IMG/VR virus record: IMGVR_UViG_3300025398_000029
Coordinates: 1-49,772 of that record
Length of the DNA: 49,772 nucleotides
DNA from: a virus
Lineage: Duplodnaviria > Caudoviricetes
Direction: 5' to 3' (one strand)
The notes beneath the pieces are model-generated. The model was not told the origin of the DNA and ran no database searches. It was given only the letters and a program-made list of their open reading frames with translations. Both the position numbers and the translations under genes were made by a program. Below are positions 6,511-15,298 of this stretch, piece by piece. Position 1 is the first letter of the stretch. Each line of letters opens with the position of its first letter.

Positions 6511-7218
6511 CTATTCAATAACTTCGCCGTCAATAAGACCGGCTGCCCACGTTGGGGTCATGCCGTCTCCAAGGTCGGTAATCGAGCGAGCAAACATTGT
6601 TCGAGCCATCTCAATTTGATTCTCTTTGAGGTTCAGGTCTCGGTTTAGAATGACCGCCATGAATGCAGCGCCAATAAGGTTGGCTTGCTGTTCTTCAAGG
6701 GCAACAATACGCTTCTGTAAGTCAAATTTGAGCAAAAACTCAAGGGACTTTTGATAACGCTCCCACGCTCGTTCAAGCACTTCAATCAAGGCTCGAGTGT
6801 GTTCAATGCCCGTCTTATCAGTGACCTCTAGAATGCCGTGTAGGTCTTCTAACTTCTCTTCAAGTATGAGAGACCACTGCTTCATCTTGCCCGCCAACAT
6901 GAACGCTTCAACCTCTGGGGGTCGAATGGGTTCTGGTTCGCCAAGGCGCTCTGTGAGCGTTACAAGTTCACGTGTCATTTGAGTTTTTAGTGCGCCCTTA
7001 GTGTGCGTTGGAGTTGAACCCCCGTGCCACTTGCAGCGCCCTTCTCCTAGGTGTTGGGTTCCCATGCCTTGCGTCTTGACACAGTAGCGAGTAATCTCAA
7101 GTTCTTTGAGTTCCTTGCTACGAAGCCTGGCCCCGCATTTACCCTCAAGGGGTTCTGCGGAGCCAGGAATCTTTTGGTCAGGGTAGTTTTCTTCCCAAAG
7201 GGTTTCGTCTTCAGTCAT
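6511..7218 (-). CDS. HGGxSTP-motif protein, probable terminase small subunit
   Basis: CGA......C....GxGTxHxGxGRCKWHGGSTP, then a helical region ending IDGEVIE. Confidence 0.65.
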   Translation of the reverse strand: MTEDETLWEENYPDQKIPGSAEPLEGKCGARLRSKELKELEITRYCVKTQGMGTQHLGEGRCKWHGGSTPTHTKGALKTQMTRELVTLTERLGEPEPIRPPEVEAFMLAGKMKQWSLILEEKLEDLHGILEVTDKTGIEHTRALIEVLERAWERYQKSLEFLLKFDLQKRIVALEEQQANLIGAAFMAVILNRDLNLKENQIEMARTMFARSITDLGDGMTPTWAAGLIDGEVIE

Positions 7219-7366
7219 GGATGGGAAACGTTGTATGGGTTACTTTGAATTCGTAACTGTCTGGGTTGGAGGTTTCTGGGTGGTAAACCTCACTGATAAT
7301 TTTTGGCTGAGAACTTGGGTGTCGCCCCATTGACTCTGCACGCTTTCGGGATTTGTAAAACTTCAT
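7211..7366 (-). CDS. 51-aa hypothetical protein
   Basis: MKFYKSRKRAESMGRHPSSQP...* fills the gap, with overlaps at both ends. Confidence 0.5.
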   Translation of the reverse strand: MKFYKSRKRAESMGRHPSSQPKIISEVYHPETSNPDSYEFKVTHTTFPIHD

Positions 7367-7815
7367 GCTGCTTCCTTTTCTTTTTCAGCCTTCTTGCGAC
7401 GGTACTCTGCAATGTACAAGCGGTGAGCAACCTTGCAGGGTTCGCACATCAAAACAAGTCGCTTGTTGTGAAGTTGATAACCCTTTTCAGTTCCATGCTC
7501 AATAGGCACAATCGGCTCTGCTTTGGCTAACTTTTGCAATGCCGCTTCACGCTGCAACTGCTTGTTGATAGTACGGTCAAAGAATGGCTGTGGCATACCA
7601 AGGTGGCGACGCTGTGTGTATCGCTCTCGTTCGGTAGTGCCCGCCCAAAAACCGTAGTGCTCCTGCTTCATTGCTTGGTCTAAGCACTGTGCTTTTACTG
7701 GGCAAGAATCGCACAGTTCGTAGCACTCCGCTGATGGTTCTTCTGCAAAAAAGTCAATGTTTGAGTTTCGACAGGCGCTGTCATCTACCCATTCGTAGTT
7801 AATAACATTAGCCAT
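7363..7815 (-). CDS. whiB: WhiB family Fe-S transcription regulator with C-terminal HGT..Y..H...CxxC extension
   Basis: W...AC....FF..C..CPVK.QCL..A..GFWAGTTERER. Confidence 0.9.
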   Translation of the reverse strand: MANVINYEWVDDSACRNSNIDFFAEEPSAECYELCDSCPVKAQCLDQAMKQEHYGFWAGTTERERYTQRRHLGMPQPFFDRTINKQLQREAALQKLAKAEPIVPIEHGTEKGYQLHNKRLVLMCEPCKVAHRLYIAEYRRKKAEKEKEAA

Positions 7816-8012
7816 TAGTTTTCAAACCAATCTTCTGGCAATGCCCAGTCATCGGGCGAACCCAATCGAACCATGTGGGCGCAGGGGTCTCCGCCCTGGT
7901 CCCAGTAACGCTCTTCCGTTTCGTGCATAGGGTAGCCGTCGTGCGTATTGCAAAACTGCTCTGTGCAGAAACCATTTTCTAGCCCAAACTTGAGCCATTC
8001 TTCAAAATCCAT
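7815..8012 (-). CDS. small Cys/His phage protein
   Basis: FEEWL..G...GFC...C.THDG.P...E......DPC.H.VR. Confidence 0.7.
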   Translation of the reverse strand: MDFEEWLKFGLENGFCTEQFCNTHDGYPMHETEERYWDQGGDPCAHMVRLGSPDDWALPEDWFEN

Positions 8013-8026
8013 TTTGTTCCTCTCTG

Positions 8027-8509
8027 TTAGAAACATTGGTTATCTCCTGACCACTCTGGCAGGAAGCCTCCGTTTGCTTTGTATACGTTTACTGCAACTG
8101 CGTCTTGCTCAATGCCACTCGCATATTGAGCATTTGAAGCGTACTTTAGGCCACCGTAGTGCGCCCAAATGTAATCCAAAAACTGATAAAGCCCACGTGC
8201 GTTTTCGTAAGAAACCGAAGTCAGGTGGTTGCGTGATTCACTGTACCTAATGCACGCAAAGGTTGCTTGGGCAGAGACCGGAAGCGAGGCAATGGGGCTT
8301 GACGTTGTTGGCCAGTAGGCTTTTGCGTCTGTGGCCCGGGTGCTCCACTTGATTCCTGCGTTGAGCGGGGTGGGTGTTGGCTCCGTTGTGGGGACAACAA
8401 CCCTTGGTTTGTGTAAATGCTTTGTTTCATTTGTCTTAATTATACCAGAGTTGGTACCATTAAAGCAAGTGACTGTGACAAAAATAATTGCCGCTGCGAT
8501 GTTTTTCAT
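8027..8509 (-). CDS. secreted Rpf-like (resuscitation-promoting factor) lytic transglycosylase
   Basis: Signal peptide, P/T linker, CIRYSES (catalytic Glu), GLYQF..W...GG..YA..A..AS..EQ..VA......G...W..C. Confidence 0.8.
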   Translation of the reverse strand: MKNIAAAIIFVTVTCFNGTNSGIIKTNETKHLHKPRVVVPTTEPTPTPLNAGIKWSTRATDAKAYWPTTSSPIASLPVSAQATFACIRYSESRNHLTSVSYENARGLYQFLDYIWAHYGGLKYASNAQYASGIEQDAVAVNVYKANGGFLPEWSGDNQCF

Positions 8510-9012
8510 TTCAGACTTTCTCTTAATGCGCAGTGAATATTTTTCACTGGCCCAGAGACGCTGGTGGAATACTTTATTGCCGCTTCCACTGCGCCGTCAA
8601 GCACGCCTTTGTCAAACTCTTGGAAAGCGTTTAGATAACCAAGAGCGTACGGTGCGCCCGACCCAATCGCCATAACTGACGACGTTATTTCAAGCACCGA
8701 AAGGTCATTCTGAATTATGACCAACGGTTTGTTCGGCCACGCGCAAAGAATTTCCATGTCAGACACAGAAGTTTCTTCGCCCGTAACGTTCTTTAGCATG
8801 TCCACAATGTTTTGCGGAGTGCAGTTTTGTTCTTTGAGGTTTGATACAAGATTGATTACTCGCCACGAACCGACAATGCCAATAAGGCCATTTCCCTTAT
8901 GCTTGATTGCTTTGGGAGTCTTTGATATAAAAATCATTTCTCCGCCAGAAGCACCCGAGTCAAAAGACATTGAGCATTCGGTTTTGTTTGTGTAAGCCAC
9001 TACAACGCTCAT
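8506..9012 (-). CDS. Ntn-hydrolase, HslV/proteasome-beta-like peptidase
   Basis: M-S-VVVA N-terminus, DS, TPK, AIGSG..YALGYL, AVEAA.KY...VSGP. Confidence 0.8.
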   Translation of the reverse strand: MSVVVAYTNKTECSMSFDSGASGGEMIFISKTPKAIKHKGNGLIGIVGSWRVINLVSNLKEQNCTPQNIVDMLKNVTGEETSVSDMEILCAWPNKPLVIIQNDLSVLEITSSVMAIGSGAPYALGYLNAFQEFDKGVLDGAVEAAIKYSTSVSGPVKNIHCALRESLK

Positions 9013-10208
9013 CAATCCCACACCCCGTCAAACAAGAACTGACGGTCACGCAGAATACGGTCAGGCCAGTCTACTCCTTGCAAACGGTCTCCACGAAAAC
9101 GCTTGACGTGAAGCATGGTCTTATCAACATCATCCTTGTAAAGAGAGATGCCAGTTTCAGGCCAGGCCATCCAACGCTGTGAACCCATAGGGGTAAGTTC
9201 ACGCTCGCCCTTAGCGCCCTTAGCGGCGTGGTGCTCCATGACTAATGCGAAGTCATACGTAGTGCGCAGTTTGTCAAGAACCGCCATTGCGCCGTCAGCA
9301 GAATCTTCATACGTCTCATTGGCGCCACGTCGGTACATCTTGTAGATAGGTCCAATGCAAACCAACTCTGGACGGTGCGAAGCAATCTCACGTTGAATCT
9401 CAGCGAGGTCGGACAACTTGCGAATCTCAATGCCGCCGGGGCGTCGGAAGAACTTCAAGCGGCTTTCGTCGTAGTCTTCTCCCACACGCTCACGAAGCAT
9501 GTTCATAAACGGAACGCCCGTCTGCGTAATCGCTTGAGTAGGGTTCTCGAGGTCAATAACAAGCGCCCGCACTGGAGGAATATCACGGTGACTAAACGGG
9601 TGAACACCCTGAGAAGCAGCCATGGCAATGGTGCGAAGAATCATAGACTTACCAGCACCTTCTTCAGCAACAACAATCGTTCTGCTTTCACGGGTCATCA
9701 TGCCCGGAATAACAATTGGAGCAAGTGCATCGGCGTTTAGGTCGAGTTCGCTCATTGTCATTGACTCTGGTTCCACTGAACGAACTGCGCCCACACCAGC
9801 AATTACATTGCCAACGGTCTGAGCAATCTCGTAAGGGTTTCCACCGCCAGCAATCTCTTCCTGTGCCTTCTGCAAATCCACCATCAATCGACGGGCCGAG
9901 GCGTGCTTCGCCACAATTGCGCCGTACTCAACAGCGTTAGACGCAGACGGGCAGTTCATTGACATATTGACCAACAGTGAAACCAATGTGCTGTCGTTCA
10001 GTTCAGATGAAACCGTTACTGGGTCCACCTTTGAGCCACGACTAAACAAATTGCAAATAGCGCCAAAAATATCAGCGTTACGTGGACGGTAAAAATCCTC
10101 TGCCGTCACAGAGTCTGCTGCCGCAATGATTGCGCCAACAGATAGAAACATTGCGCCCAGGAGTGACTCCTCAGCAACAAAGTCATGGGGAATCTTTTTT
10201 TCAGTCAT
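9012..10208 (-). CDS. dnaB: replicative helicase (DnaB N-terminal domain + RecA-like AAA domain)
   Basis: PHD..AE.SLLGAM, DFY......IF, Walker A AEEGAGKS, IDLEN, EHH..K, GS..W..WPE, FRGDR. Confidence 0.85.
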   Translation of the reverse strand: MTEKKIPHDFVAEESLLGAMFLSVGAIIAAADSVTAEDFYRPRNADIFGAICNLFSRGSKVDPVTVSSELNDSTLVSLLVNMSMNCPSASNAVEYGAIVAKHASARRLMVDLQKAQEEIAGGGNPYEIAQTVGNVIAGVGAVRSVEPESMTMSELDLNADALAPIVIPGMMTRESRTIVVAEEGAGKSMILRTIAMAASQGVHPFSHRDIPPVRALVIDLENPTQAITQTGVPFMNMLRERVGEDYDESRLKFFRRPGGIEIRKLSDLAEIQREIASHRPELVCIGPIYKMYRRGANETYEDSADGAMAVLDKLRTTYDFALVMEHHAAKGAKGERELTPMGSQRWMAWPETGISLYKDDVDKTMLHVKRFRGDRLQGVDWPDRILRDRQFLFDGVWD

Positions 10209-10220
10209 GCTCGCTCCTAT

Positions 10221-11219
10221 CTACTTGAGCCAGTAATTACCGGAACGACGTTGGCCCTGTGCATCCAAGGCGTATGTAGTTCCATCACTGGCGAGTAACG
10301 TACCTTTTACGTTAGTAGGACGAGTATAACCGTACTTGGCAGGATTGTCAAGCCTACCTTCATTATTCTTTACGTCAATCCATTCCTGCCCAGCGTCGTA
10401 AGCGTCGTAGATGACAGCCGAAACCAACTGCTCCGGCGTAAGTTCAACCGAAACCGACACGGCATCTTCGTTGGCAATCCACTGACGCCAGTGCTCACCC
10501 TGACCAAAGAACTTCTGCCCGTACATGGTGTAGTTAGGGTCTTCGCCCTTTCGACTCTCGGCGTACTTCTTGGTTGCTTCAAGAAGCAGTGCAGGCTCAA
10601 CGCCACGACCAACCGTTGCCTTGTAGTAAATAAACGCATCACCCTTGCCGTCTCGACGTGGGTACAACTTCCACATCTCTTCAAATGCTTCGGGGTATTC
10701 GGTGCGAGGTTTGCGAGGCACCTTTGGCTTTGCCCCAACTTTTGGGGATATATTAGTATTAGTATTAGTATTAATATACCCCTCTTCACTGGTGAGGACC
10801 CCCCTCCTCACTGGTGAGGACCCCCCATCGTTTGAGGTAGCAGGCCAAAGGTAGTAAATATTGCCCACTTGACGCCCCTCGATAAACGAGTGCACAATCT
10901 CCAATGCGCCAGCGTCACGAAGTTCGTAAATGGTACGCTCAGCAGTGCTATCACTGACGTCGAGAAGCGTTGCAATGGAGCGATGGCTAGTGCCCGGAAT
11001 GCTTAGATTCCCACTCAGCGCCCCTCGCATGTAAGCCCAAAGACGCACCGCCCTGCTTGAAAGCGTAGGGTGGCATAGAATCCATACGGGAATCCCGATA
11101 GATGTTTCGTTTGTAATATCCCCCACCAAAGCGTTGTTCCCAAAACGCAGTGAAGCAGTTATATGCTTCCCGTCTTTTGAGTACCGCTTGGGCTGTTGTT
11201 CGTTCACTCGGTCTGTCAT
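10221..11219 (-). CDS. replication initiator (wHTH + FE..W..YP.K domain)
   Basis: IPVWIL....LS..AVRLW, IA..L..S..T..R...EL...GAL, FEEMWKLYPRR.GK. Directly upstream of the helicase. Confidence 0.8.
   Translation of the reverse strand: MTDRVNEQQPKRYSKDGKHITASLRFGNNALVGDITNETSIGIPVWILCHPTLSSRAVRLWAYMRGALSGNLSIPGTSHRSIATLLDVSDSTAERTIYELRDAGALEIVHSFIEGRQVGNIYYLWPATSNDGGSSPVRRGVLTSEEGYINTNTNTNISPKVGAKPKVPRKPRTEYPEAFEEMWKLYPRRDGKGDAFIYYKATVGRGVEPALLLEATKKYAESRKGEDPNYTMYGQKFFGQGEHWRQWIANEDAVSVSVELTPEQLVSAVIYDAYDAGQEWIDVKNNEGRLDNPAKYGYTRPTNVKGTLLASDGTTYALDAQGQRRSGNYWLK
10751..10826. repeat. probable replication origin (iterons + AT-rich tract) inside the initiator gene
   Basis: TCACTGGTGAGGACCCCCC at 10786 and 10808 (22-bp period), next to (TATTAG)x3-TATTAA. 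Confidence 0.65.
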
Positions 11220-11228
11220 AGGTGCTCT

Positions 11229-11257
11229 ACGATACACCACGGGGGCAAGAGTGTCAA
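11229..11257 (-). promoter_or_regulatory. sigma70-type promoter of the initiator operon (near-leaderless)
   Basis: TTGACA-N17-TATCGT, 9 nt before the ATG, no SD. Confidence 0.7.
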
Positions 11258-11283
11258 GCGTACACACCCCAGAACATTTGTTT

Positions 11284-11292
11284 TGTTATACT
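11284..11292 (+). promoter_or_regulatory. extended -10 promoter for the recA operon
   Basis: TGTTATACT upstream of the CAGAAAGG RBS. Confidence 0.55.
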
Positions 11293-11314
11293 GTTCATAA
11301 CAGAAAGGTTGCTT

Positions 11315-12337
11315 ATGGCAAAGAAAACATTGAGTGGCAGAGACGCCCTCGAAGCAGTAATGGCTCAAATTGACAAAGACTTTGGCGAAGGTTCAATTGT
11401 TCGATTGAACAGCGAAAAAGTTTTGCCAGTAGAAGTTGTGTCTACGGGTATCTTGCCCCTTGACATGGCGCTTGGCGTTGCGGGCCTTCCCCTGGGGCGC
11501 ATTGTAGAGTTTTACGGACCTCCCTCATCAGGTAAATCAACGCTTGCCATGCACACTATTGCAGAAGCACAAAAGCAAGGCAAGGTCTGCGCGTACATTG
11601 ACGCAGAGCACGCAATTGACCCCAACTACGCAATGGCCTTAGGCGTTGACTTGGACGAACTTCTTTTGTCACAGCCCAGCACCGCTGAAGAAGGGCTTGA
11701 GATTATGATTCGACTGGCAGAGACCGGCATTATTTCTGTCATTGTGGTTGACTCCGTTGCGGCGCTGACGCCTCGAGCGGAACTTGACGGCGAGATGGGC
11801 GACGCCAACGTCGGCTTGCAGGCTCGTTTGATGGGTAAGGCTCTTCGTAAGTTGGCAGGGCCGGCGTTTGATAACAACACGTTGGTTATTTTTATCAATC
11901 AGTTGCGAGAGTCCATTGGCAAGATGTATGGTCCATCCGAGTACACCCCTGGTGGCAAGGCATTGCCCTACTACGCTTCGGTTCGACTTGACATTCGACG
12001 TATCAAAACGATTACCAAGGGCGAAGAAGCAACCGCAAACCGAACCAAGGTAAAGGTCGTCAAGAACAAGGTGGCAGCACCGTACCGCTCTGCCGAGTTT
12101 GACCTTGAGTATGGAGTCGGCGTGCCGAAGGCAAACGCCCTTATTGACTGTGCAACTGACGTAGGCATTTTGCAGTCACGTGGCGCTTGGATTTACTATG
12201 ACGGGGAGCAGTTTGCAAACGGTCGGGCAAAGGCAAAGGCAAAGATTGAAAAAAGCCCTGAGTTGTACGAAGAGTTGTACAAGCGCGTTCTTGCTTTGAT
12301 TAACGTTACCAAGGCTTTGGATGACGACAATGACTGA
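11315..12337 (+). CDS. recA: recombinase A
   Basis: STG.L.LD.ALG..GLP.GRIVE.YGP.SSGKST, YIDAEHA.DP.YA, VVDSVAAL, GLQARLM, INQLRE, PGGKAL, KVVKNKVA.P. Confidence 0.98.
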   Translation: MAKKTLSGRDALEAVMAQIDKDFGEGSIVRLNSEKVLPVEVVSTGILPLDMALGVAGLPLGRIVEFYGPPSSGKSTLAMHTIAEAQKQGKVCAYIDAEHAIDPNYAMALGVDLDELLLSQPSTAEEGLEIMIRLAETGIISVIVVDSVAALTPRAELDGEMGDANVGLQARLMGKALRKLAGPAFDNNTLVIFINQLRESIGKMYGPSEYTPGGKALPYYASVRLDIRRIKTITKGEEATANRTKVKVVKNKVAAPYRSAEFDLEYGVGVPKANALIDCATDVGILQSRGAWIYYDGEQFANGRAKAKAKIEKSPELYEELYKRVLALINVTKALDDDND

Positions 12338-12554
12338 AAAAAACGCACAAAAAAATAATCAAATTAGAATTGCGGAAGCGATTAAAATGTGGTACGTTGG
12401 TCATACGTACGGTCCGAGTTACCGAGACATTTCCCGAATCACCGGTATTTCATTGGGAACTGTCTTCAATGTGTGCAAAGAACTACGAGAATCAAACATC
12501 ATTGAATTAAACGAGAAGGTGGCAAGGTCCATCAAGTTGAAAGGAACAGAGTGA
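12330..12554 (+). CDS. stand-alone LexA-type DNA-binding domain protein
   Basis: YGPSYRDI...TGISLGTV...CKEL.....I......ARSIKL. No peptidase domain. Confidence 0.75.
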   Translation: MTEKNAQKNNQIRIAEAIKMWYVGHTYGPSYRDISRITGISLGTVFNVCKELRESNIIELNEKVARSIKLKGTE

Positions 12555-13585
12555 ACAAAGTAGAGGTTATCCCCGTATGGGATATGAGCAATGATGAATG
12601 GCTGGAAGCCCGTAAGGGCGGCATTGGCGGGTCCGATGCTGGCACAATCATTGGAGTAAATAAGTACAAGTCTGCCTACGCATTGTGGGGCGAGAAGACC
12701 GGCATTATGCCTACTGAATTCAGTGGCAACGATGCAACCGATTGGGGTCACGACCTCGAGCGTCCGGTAGCGGCTCACTACGCACGTAAGCACAATAAGG
12801 CTGTCGTAGAGTGGCCTGTCATTCTTCGCTCGCTTGAAGAAGGTCGGGAATTTATGTTTGCCAACCTTGACTTCTTAATTGTGGAGCCCAGCAACGAATT
12901 TCCTGCTGGCTCAGTGCAGACGTGGCGTTTCACCACCCCGCCCCCCAACGTCGAAGGCATTCTTGAAATTAAGACTGCTGGTATTGCCAGCCCCGGAAAC
13001 CCCGGCGCATGGGCGTACGACAACATTCCTGACAGTTACCGTTTGCAGGGATACCACTACGGAATTGTGGCAGGTTTCCATGAGGTGCCCAAGGTCACGT
13101 TTGCGGCTTTGGTTGGCGGTCAGGGTTTGCAGGTTCGTGAGATGGAATGGAACCAGAACATTGCAGACAACCTTATTGTTGCTGAGGCAGAGTTTTGGGA
13201 GCAGGTCATTACCAAGACTGCGCCCCCCACTGACGGAAGTGAAGCAACTGAAGCGGCTCAGCGCCAGCGTTACCCACACCACGAAGAAGGTAAGTTTGTT
13301 GAAGCAGAGATTGACTTCCTTGCTTTGATTGCAGAGTTTGAAGCCGCTAAGGAAGAAGCCGATGCGGCAGACGCCAAGCGTAAGGCTTTGCGAGCACAAA
13401 TTGTTGAGTTGGTTGGCGATGCTGAATCAGCAAAGTACAACGGCTCCGTTCTTCTTACGTACAAGGCTGGCAAGGAAGTAGAGAGCCTTGACACTGACCG
13501 TATCAAGAAGGAAGCACCAGAAATCTGGGAGCAGTACAAGAAGGTTCGCCCCGGTGCCCGCACTCTTCGAATTAATTCTAAGTAA
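12551..13585 (+). CDS. YqaJ-like viral exonuclease
   Basis: EWL..RK.GIGGSD.G.I.GVNKYKS...LW.EKTG, WGH.LE, ANLD, LEIKT, Y.LQ..HY. Confidence 0.92.
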   Translation: MNKVEVIPVWDMSNDEWLEARKGGIGGSDAGTIIGVNKYKSAYALWGEKTGIMPTEFSGNDATDWGHDLERPVAAHYARKHNKAVVEWPVILRSLEEGREFMFANLDFLIVEPSNEFPAGSVQTWRFTTPPPNVEGILEIKTAGIASPGNPGAWAYDNIPDSYRLQGYHYGIVAGFHEVPKVTFAALVGGQGLQVREMEWNQNIADNLIVAEAEFWEQVITKTAPPTDGSEATEAAQRQRYPHHEEGKFVEAEIDFLALIAEFEAAKEEADAADAKRKALRAQIVELVGDAESAKYNGSVLLTYKAGKEVESLDTDRIKKEAPEIWEQYKKVRPGARTLRINSK

Positions 13586-13590
13586 TGGAC

Positions 13591-13619
13591 TTGACTTGTT
13601 CAAATCCGTGTGCTATTGT
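13591..13619 (+). promoter_or_regulatory. sigma70-type promoter
   Basis: TTGACT-N17-TATTGT. Confidence 0.75.
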
Positions 13620-13647
13620 GATTACACCTCAAACGAAAGGAATGTAA

Positions 13648-14340
13648 ATGAAGAGTGAATCAATTATCAACATAGCGACGGCACTTGCCGCTGCTCAAGG
13701 AGAGTTCTCCGCAGTACCCAAGGGTTCTAGTAACCCATTCTTTAAGAGCAAGTACGCAGCGTTGCCTGACGTAGTTGCAACTGCTACACCCGTGTTGTCT
13801 AAGCATGGTTTGTCGTTTGCTCAGTTTGTTGACTCTGACGAAATTGGCGACTTGCTTACCACGTACCTTATGCACGCTTCGGGTGAGTTTATCAGTCACT
13901 CAATGCGTTTGCACGTTACGAAGGCTAATGACCCACAATCTCAGGGTAGCGCCATTACGTATGCACGTCGCTATTCGCTAATGTCGGCCATTGGTTTGGT
14001 TGCGGACGATGACGATGACGGCAACGCTGCTAGTTTTGCCGCTGATATTGCAGCACGCAAAGCGAGCGGTAACGCAGCAACGCCTACACCCGTAAAGCAG
14101 TCGCTGGACTCTAAGGTTGCAGCCGCAGCCGGTCAGCCTGCACCAGCCAAGCCCACCGGCATGGCTACGGAAAAGATGACCCGTATGATTTGGGCCATCT
14201 GCCACAAGACGCTTAACTACGATGATGCACAGCAGTTTTCGGCTGTCTCTGGTGTCATCGGGCGTGAAATTAATGACCTCAATAAGTTGACCTTTGATGA
14301 GGCCAAGAGTGTCATCGAATACCTACAGTCGATTCAATAA
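13648..14340 (+). CDS. erf: ERF-family ssDNA annealing protein
   Basis: NPFFKSKYA.L, HGL, H.SGE, Q..GSAITYARRYSL....GL..DDDDGN. Confidence 0.95.
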   Translation: MKSESIINIATALAAAQGEFSAVPKGSSNPFFKSKYAALPDVVATATPVLSKHGLSFAQFVDSDEIGDLLTTYLMHASGEFISHSMRLHVTKANDPQSQGSAITYARRYSLMSAIGLVADDDDDGNAASFAADIAARKASGNAATPTPVKQSLDSKVAAAAGQPAPAKPTGMATEKMTRMIWAICHKTLNYDDAQQFSAVSGVIGREINDLNKLTFDEAKSVIEYLQSIQ

Positions 14341-14355
14341 CAGAAAGGAATTAAA

Positions 14356-14766
14356 ATGTCATCAACCATTACCATCACGGGCAACATTACCCGAGACCCG
14401 GAATTGAAATTCTCTCAGGGGGGCGTTGCCACGGTTCGTTTTGGCCTTGCAGAAACCTATAAGAGCAAGGAAAAGGAACACACCAGTTTTTACGACGTTG
14501 TTGCCTTTGGCAAGAACGCGGAGAACGTTCACGCTTCTTTGGTCAAGGGCTCTAACGTCATTGTCAAGGGTCGTCAAGAGGTTCGTGAATACGAGCGCAA
14601 CGACGGCACTAAGGGCACCAGCGTTCAAGTTGTCGCTGACGAAGTTGGCGCATTGCTTCGCTTTGCTACGGTTTCAATTCAGAAGAACGAGCGCACTGCG
14701 GCTCCGGGCTTCAATCAGGGCGGCGGCTCCAGCAGCAACGCTCCCTGGGACGACGACCAGTTCTAG
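14356..14766 (+). CDS. ssb: single-stranded DNA-binding protein
   Basis: ITGN.TRDPELKF, AEN...SL.KG..VIV.GR, acidic DDDQF tail. Confidence 0.96.
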   Translation: MSSTITITGNITRDPELKFSQGGVATVRFGLAETYKSKEKEHTSFYDVVAFGKNAENVHASLVKGSNVIVKGRQEVREYERNDGTKGTSVQVVADEVGALLRFATVSIQKNERTAAPGFNQGGGSSSNAPWDDDQF

Positions 14767-14774
14767 GTTGAATC

Positions 14775-15137
14775 GTGACTGACTACTCCGCTCCGCTTAC
14801 CTACAAAAATATTGAGGCATCAATACTCTACTCGGTAGACCGAATGGACGAACTGACCAAGATTTTTGCGGGTACAGCGGACGAGTACGGCAGGGCTGAA
14901 GCGGCCTTCAAGTCTGCTTACGCCAAGAGCCGTCTAAGTGCCCGTATCGAAGGCCCCATTAACGGGGTGAAGGTAACTTCCGATATGGCTGAAGACATTG
15001 CTACCGTAGACACAGAAGTGGAACGTATGGCAATGGAGGCAGCAAAGGCAAAGAATGACTCTACGAGGCAGGCGTTAATGTCTGTTCGTAGTAGGCTAGA
15101 AGTGCTTAGGAGTCTTATGGCTTCTTATCGAGACTAG
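14775..15137 (+). CDS. helical protein, possible UvsY-like recombination mediator
   Basis: All-helical 120-aa protein directly after ssb. The function is inferred only. Confidence 0.55.
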   Translation: MTDYSAPLTYKNIEASILYSVDRMDELTKIFAGTADEYGRAEAAFKSAYAKSRLSARIEGPINGVKVTSDMAEDIATVDTEVERMAMEAAKAKNDSTRQALMSVRSRLEVLRSLMASYRD

Positions 15138-15145
15138 GAGGCTTT

Positions 15146-15298
15146 ATGTACGAACAAGAACTGCAAAAGTACATCGAAACTTTGGAATCGCAAATCGAAG
15201 ATTTGAAAATCCAAATGGAGACGCTACAGACTGCTTTGCGCGAGTCCCACCGACTCAATGCAATTCTTATCACGCAACAGCAACATATAGACCTGTAA
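15146..15298 (+). CDS. 50-aa coiled-coil protein
   Basis: GGAGG RBS, heptad-like MYEQELQKYIETLESQIEDLKIQMETL. Confidence 0.65.
   Translation: MYEQELQKYIETLESQIEDLKIQMETLQTALRESHRLNAILITQQQHIDL

Noticed and set aside
11315-12337. recA (also groES, cysC) as host chromosomal DNA or contamination
   Set aside because: These genes overlap phage genes and have phage-type RBS/promoters; no host synteny such as recX or groEL.
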